From an uncultured Acidobacteriaceae bacterium (lineage in GTDB: Bacteria > Acidobacteriota > Terriglobia > Terriglobales > Acidobacteriaceae), in assembly GCA_963843725.1 (NCBI GenBank), contig CAWJLM010000005.1, positions 20,124-84,123 on the forward strand: DNA of 64,000 bases. Direction: 5' to 3'. Made by a program: the position numbers and the translations under genes. The stretch's first letter is position 1, and each line of letters opens with the position of its first letter. The notes beneath the pieces are model-generated. The model made no database searches, was not told the DNA's origin, and saw nothing but the letters and a program-made list of their open reading frames with translations. Below are positions 61,502 through 64,000 of this stretch, piece after piece.

Positions 61502-64000
61502 ATGATTAAGGAACTGCTGGAGCGCTGGCCGTTGATTGGTCAGCTGCGTACGGGCGCCGACGGCACCGGTCCGGAAGCGATGAGCCATCACACCCGGAAC
61601 CTGTTGCCTAAGCATCACGACGCCGAGTTTACCCGCTCCATCTGTCCCTACTGCGGCGTCGGCTGTGGACAGATGGTTTTTCACAAAGACGGCGAGCTGG
61701 TCTCCATTGAAGGGGATCCCGGCTCACCTATCTCGCGGGGACATCTCTGTCCTAAAGGAGCGGATACCTACGAATTGCACACTCACCCCGGGCGCTTGAC
61801 GACGGTGAAGTATCGTCCTCCGTTTGCTAAAGAGTGGCAGGAACTCGAGCTGGAAGCCGCTATGGACATGGTCGCCGACCGGCTATGGGAGAGCCGTCAA
61901 CGGACCTTCGTCGAGGAGCAGGATGGCGAGAAGGTAATGCACACCAAGGCCGTGGCTCACCTGGGCGGGGCGACTCTGGATAACGAAGAAAACTACCTGA
62001 TCAAGAAACTGTTCTGCGGAGGTTTGGGCATGGTTTGCATCAGTAACCAGGCCCGGATATGACACAGCTCCACCGTGCCCGGTCTGGGCACATCGTTGGG
62101 CCGCGGCGGCGCCACCACGGCGCTGACTGATCTGGCGAATGCCGACGCGATTCTTATCATGGGATCGTCCATGGCGGAAAACCACCCGGTGGGATTCCAG
62201 TGGGTGATGGCGGCGCGCGAACGGGGGGCGACCATTATTCACGTCGACCCGCGATTTACGCGCACGTCCGCGATGGCCGATATCTGGGTGCCCTTGCGTG
62301 CCGGCACAGACATTCTCTTCCTCGGCGGATTGATTCATTACGCGCTGGAGAATGACAAGTACTTCCGGGAGTACGTCGAGCACTACACCAACGCGCCTAT
62401 GATCCTCCGCGAAGATTTCCGCGATACCGAAGACCTGGGCGGCATCTTCTCCGGTTGGAACCAGCAGGAGAAAAAGTACAATCCTGATTCCTGGCGCTAC
62501 CAAGGATCGCCGAAAAAAGAGTCAGGCGGCGAGCCGCCCGGTCACTCCAAAGCCGGCGGCGGCCACGGCAAGGACCGCGGTGGTGAAGCCGGGCACACCA
62601 GCGAATATGAGGCCGACCCGACGCTGCAACATCCGCGCTGTGTTTTCCAGATTCTGCGCAGGCATTTTGAGCGCTACACGCCAGAGCTCATCGAACAACA
62701 TGCCGGCGTCCCGAAGCAGCTATTCCTCAAAGTTGCCGAAGCCTTTTGCAATGCCTCTGGCCCGGAGAAGACCGGGGCCATCTGCTATGCCGTGGGATGG
62801 ACGCAGCATTCCAAAGGAGTGCAAATCATCCGTTCGGCCGCGATTCTGCAATTGCTGCTGGGCAACATAGGACGGCCAGGCGGGGGAATTCTCGCCCTGC
62901 GCGGACATGCCTCGATACAAGGTTCGACCGATATTCCCACGTTGTATGACATTCTGCCCGGCTACCTGCCCATGCCGTTTTTCGAGCAAGGTGCCAACGA
63001 TTTCAAGAGCTACATCGCGAGGCACAAGTCGGACGCGGGCTTATGGTCAAACTTCGACAAGTACTTCGTCAGCCTGATGAAGTCATGGTATGGCGAGAAC
63101 GCGACGGACGAGAACGACTGGTGCTTCGATTACATGCCGCGCGTTACCGGCGATCACTCGCACTTCGGCTACTGGCTCGACATGCAGGACGGCAAGATGG
63201 AAGGCCTGTTCATCATGGGACAGAACCCAGCAGTGGGCGCTTCCAATGCGCGTTTGCAACGCCATGCAATGTCAAAGCTCAAGTGGCTGGTCGTCCGCGA
63301 CATGGTGGAAGTGGAAAGTGCCTCGTGGTGGTACAACTCGCCCGAGGTCAAACGCGGCGAACTGACGCCGGAAGAAATTGCAACCGAAGTGTTTCTGTTT
63401 CCGGCGGCGGGTTCGGCGGAGAAAGACGGTTGTCAAACCAACACTCAACGGCTGGTGCAGTATCGCACCAAGGCGGTTGATCCGCCAGGTGATGCCCGCA
63501 GCGAGACCTGGTTCATGCATCATCTGGCGCGGCGTCTGAAGGCAAAAGGTGCCGCCGATCCAAGTGCGCGCAATGCGCCCTTGAACGCCCTGCATTGGCC
63601 CTATGGAACGCATGGGTTACGCGACGAGCCGAACGTCATCGAGATCTTGAAAGAAATCAATGGCCGCGATTTGGCGAGCGGCGAGTTGCTTGAGAGCTAT
63701 AAGAAACTGAAGAGCGATGGCTCCACTGCATCGGGCTGCTGGATTTACTGTGGCATCTATCCGCAAGAACATCGGAACAAAGCGAATCAGCGGGAATCGT
63801 CGGACTATCTCGGTCACGGCTGGGGATTCTCCTGGCCCAACGATGTTCGCATCCTGTACAACCGATGCTCGGCGCGTCCTGATGGCAAGGCCTGGAGCGA
63901 GCGCAAGAAGCTGGTTTGGTGGGATGAAGAGAAGAAAGAATGGACCGGTTTGGACGTGCCCGACTTCGACAAGAACAAATCGCCGGACTATCATCCCGCA
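61502..64000 (+). CDS. Molybdopterin formate dehydrogenase alpha subunit, selenocysteine-containing, cytoplasmic type (3' end beyond window)
   Basis: The N-terminal 4Fe-4S motif is CPYCGVGCGQ...C. The in-frame TGA at 62060..62062 sits in the active-site context NQARI-U-HSSTVPGLGTSLGRGGATT. I translated the same frame by hand to position 64000 with no further stop (GWTQHSKGVQIIRSAAILQLLLGNIGRPGGGILALRGHASIQGSTD...). No Tat signal. Confidence 0.9.
62060..62100 (+). promoter_or_regulatory. UGA(Sec) codon plus bacterial SECIS hairpin
   Basis: UGA CAC AGC UCC ACC GUGCCC-GGUCU-GGGCAC gives a 6-bp stem at 62075..62080 / 62086..62091. The apical GGUCU begins 18 nt after UGA. As I recall it, this is the same loop sequence and spacing as the E. 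coli fdhF SECIS. Confidence 0.8.

Noticed and set aside
62060-62062. Interpretation of the formate dehydrogenase as a pseudogene or two split genes because of the in-frame TGA.
   Set aside because: The stop lies at the exact Sec/Cys active-site position, a SECIS-like hairpin follows at canonical distance, and the downstream frame is intact for more than 640 codons.

Overview
This is a 64-kb GC-rich chromosomal segment (about 58-60% GC by eye). It is most consistent with a soil Acidobacteriota (Terriglobia-like) genome. That assignment is an inference from gene content and from the modular hairpin repeats of the GTCATC...GAGGGATCTGC type that fill most intergenic gaps. I support about 52 protein-coding genes and one pseudogene. 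I found no rRNA, tRNA or CRISPR array.

Layout:
- 1-33 kb: mostly envelope and signalling genes. These include OmpA-like and beta-barrel outer-membrane proteins, a BNR beta-propeller, a GT39-like glycosyltransferase, two DUF1254/DUF1214 proteins, a K+ channel, PAS kinases, NarL-type regulators, a patatin/Omp85 lipase, an MsbA-like ABC exporter and a PLD-family protein.
- 33.7-50 kb: a group 1h/5 (high-affinity, Hhy-type) [NiFe]-hydrogenase locus. It holds hhyS-hhyL, five translationally coupled accessory genes including the endopeptidase, a small membrane protein, a YceI-like protein, hypCDE and a double-SIS protein.
- 50-64 kb: def, ribBA, a 1405-aa kinase with two transmitter cores, a Rieske protein, a decayed formaldehyde-dehydrogenase-type gene and a selenocysteine (UGA plus SECIS) formate dehydrogenase that runs off the window end.

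The most unusual feature lies directly upstream of hhySL. A second, apparently intact hydrogenase small-subunit paralog has no large-subunit partner. It is followed at 22 nt by a PAS histidine kinase and then by a NarL-type response regulator. This is a candidate undescribed FeS/H2-linked signalling module for a hydrogenase class with no known dedicated sensor.

Secondary themes are a nested family of MITE-like elements and tandem expansions, a recurring upstream motif at outer-membrane-protein genes, and a pair of tiny membrane-protein paralogs bracketing the hydrogenase locus.

All family assignments come from reading the translations. No database search was run.
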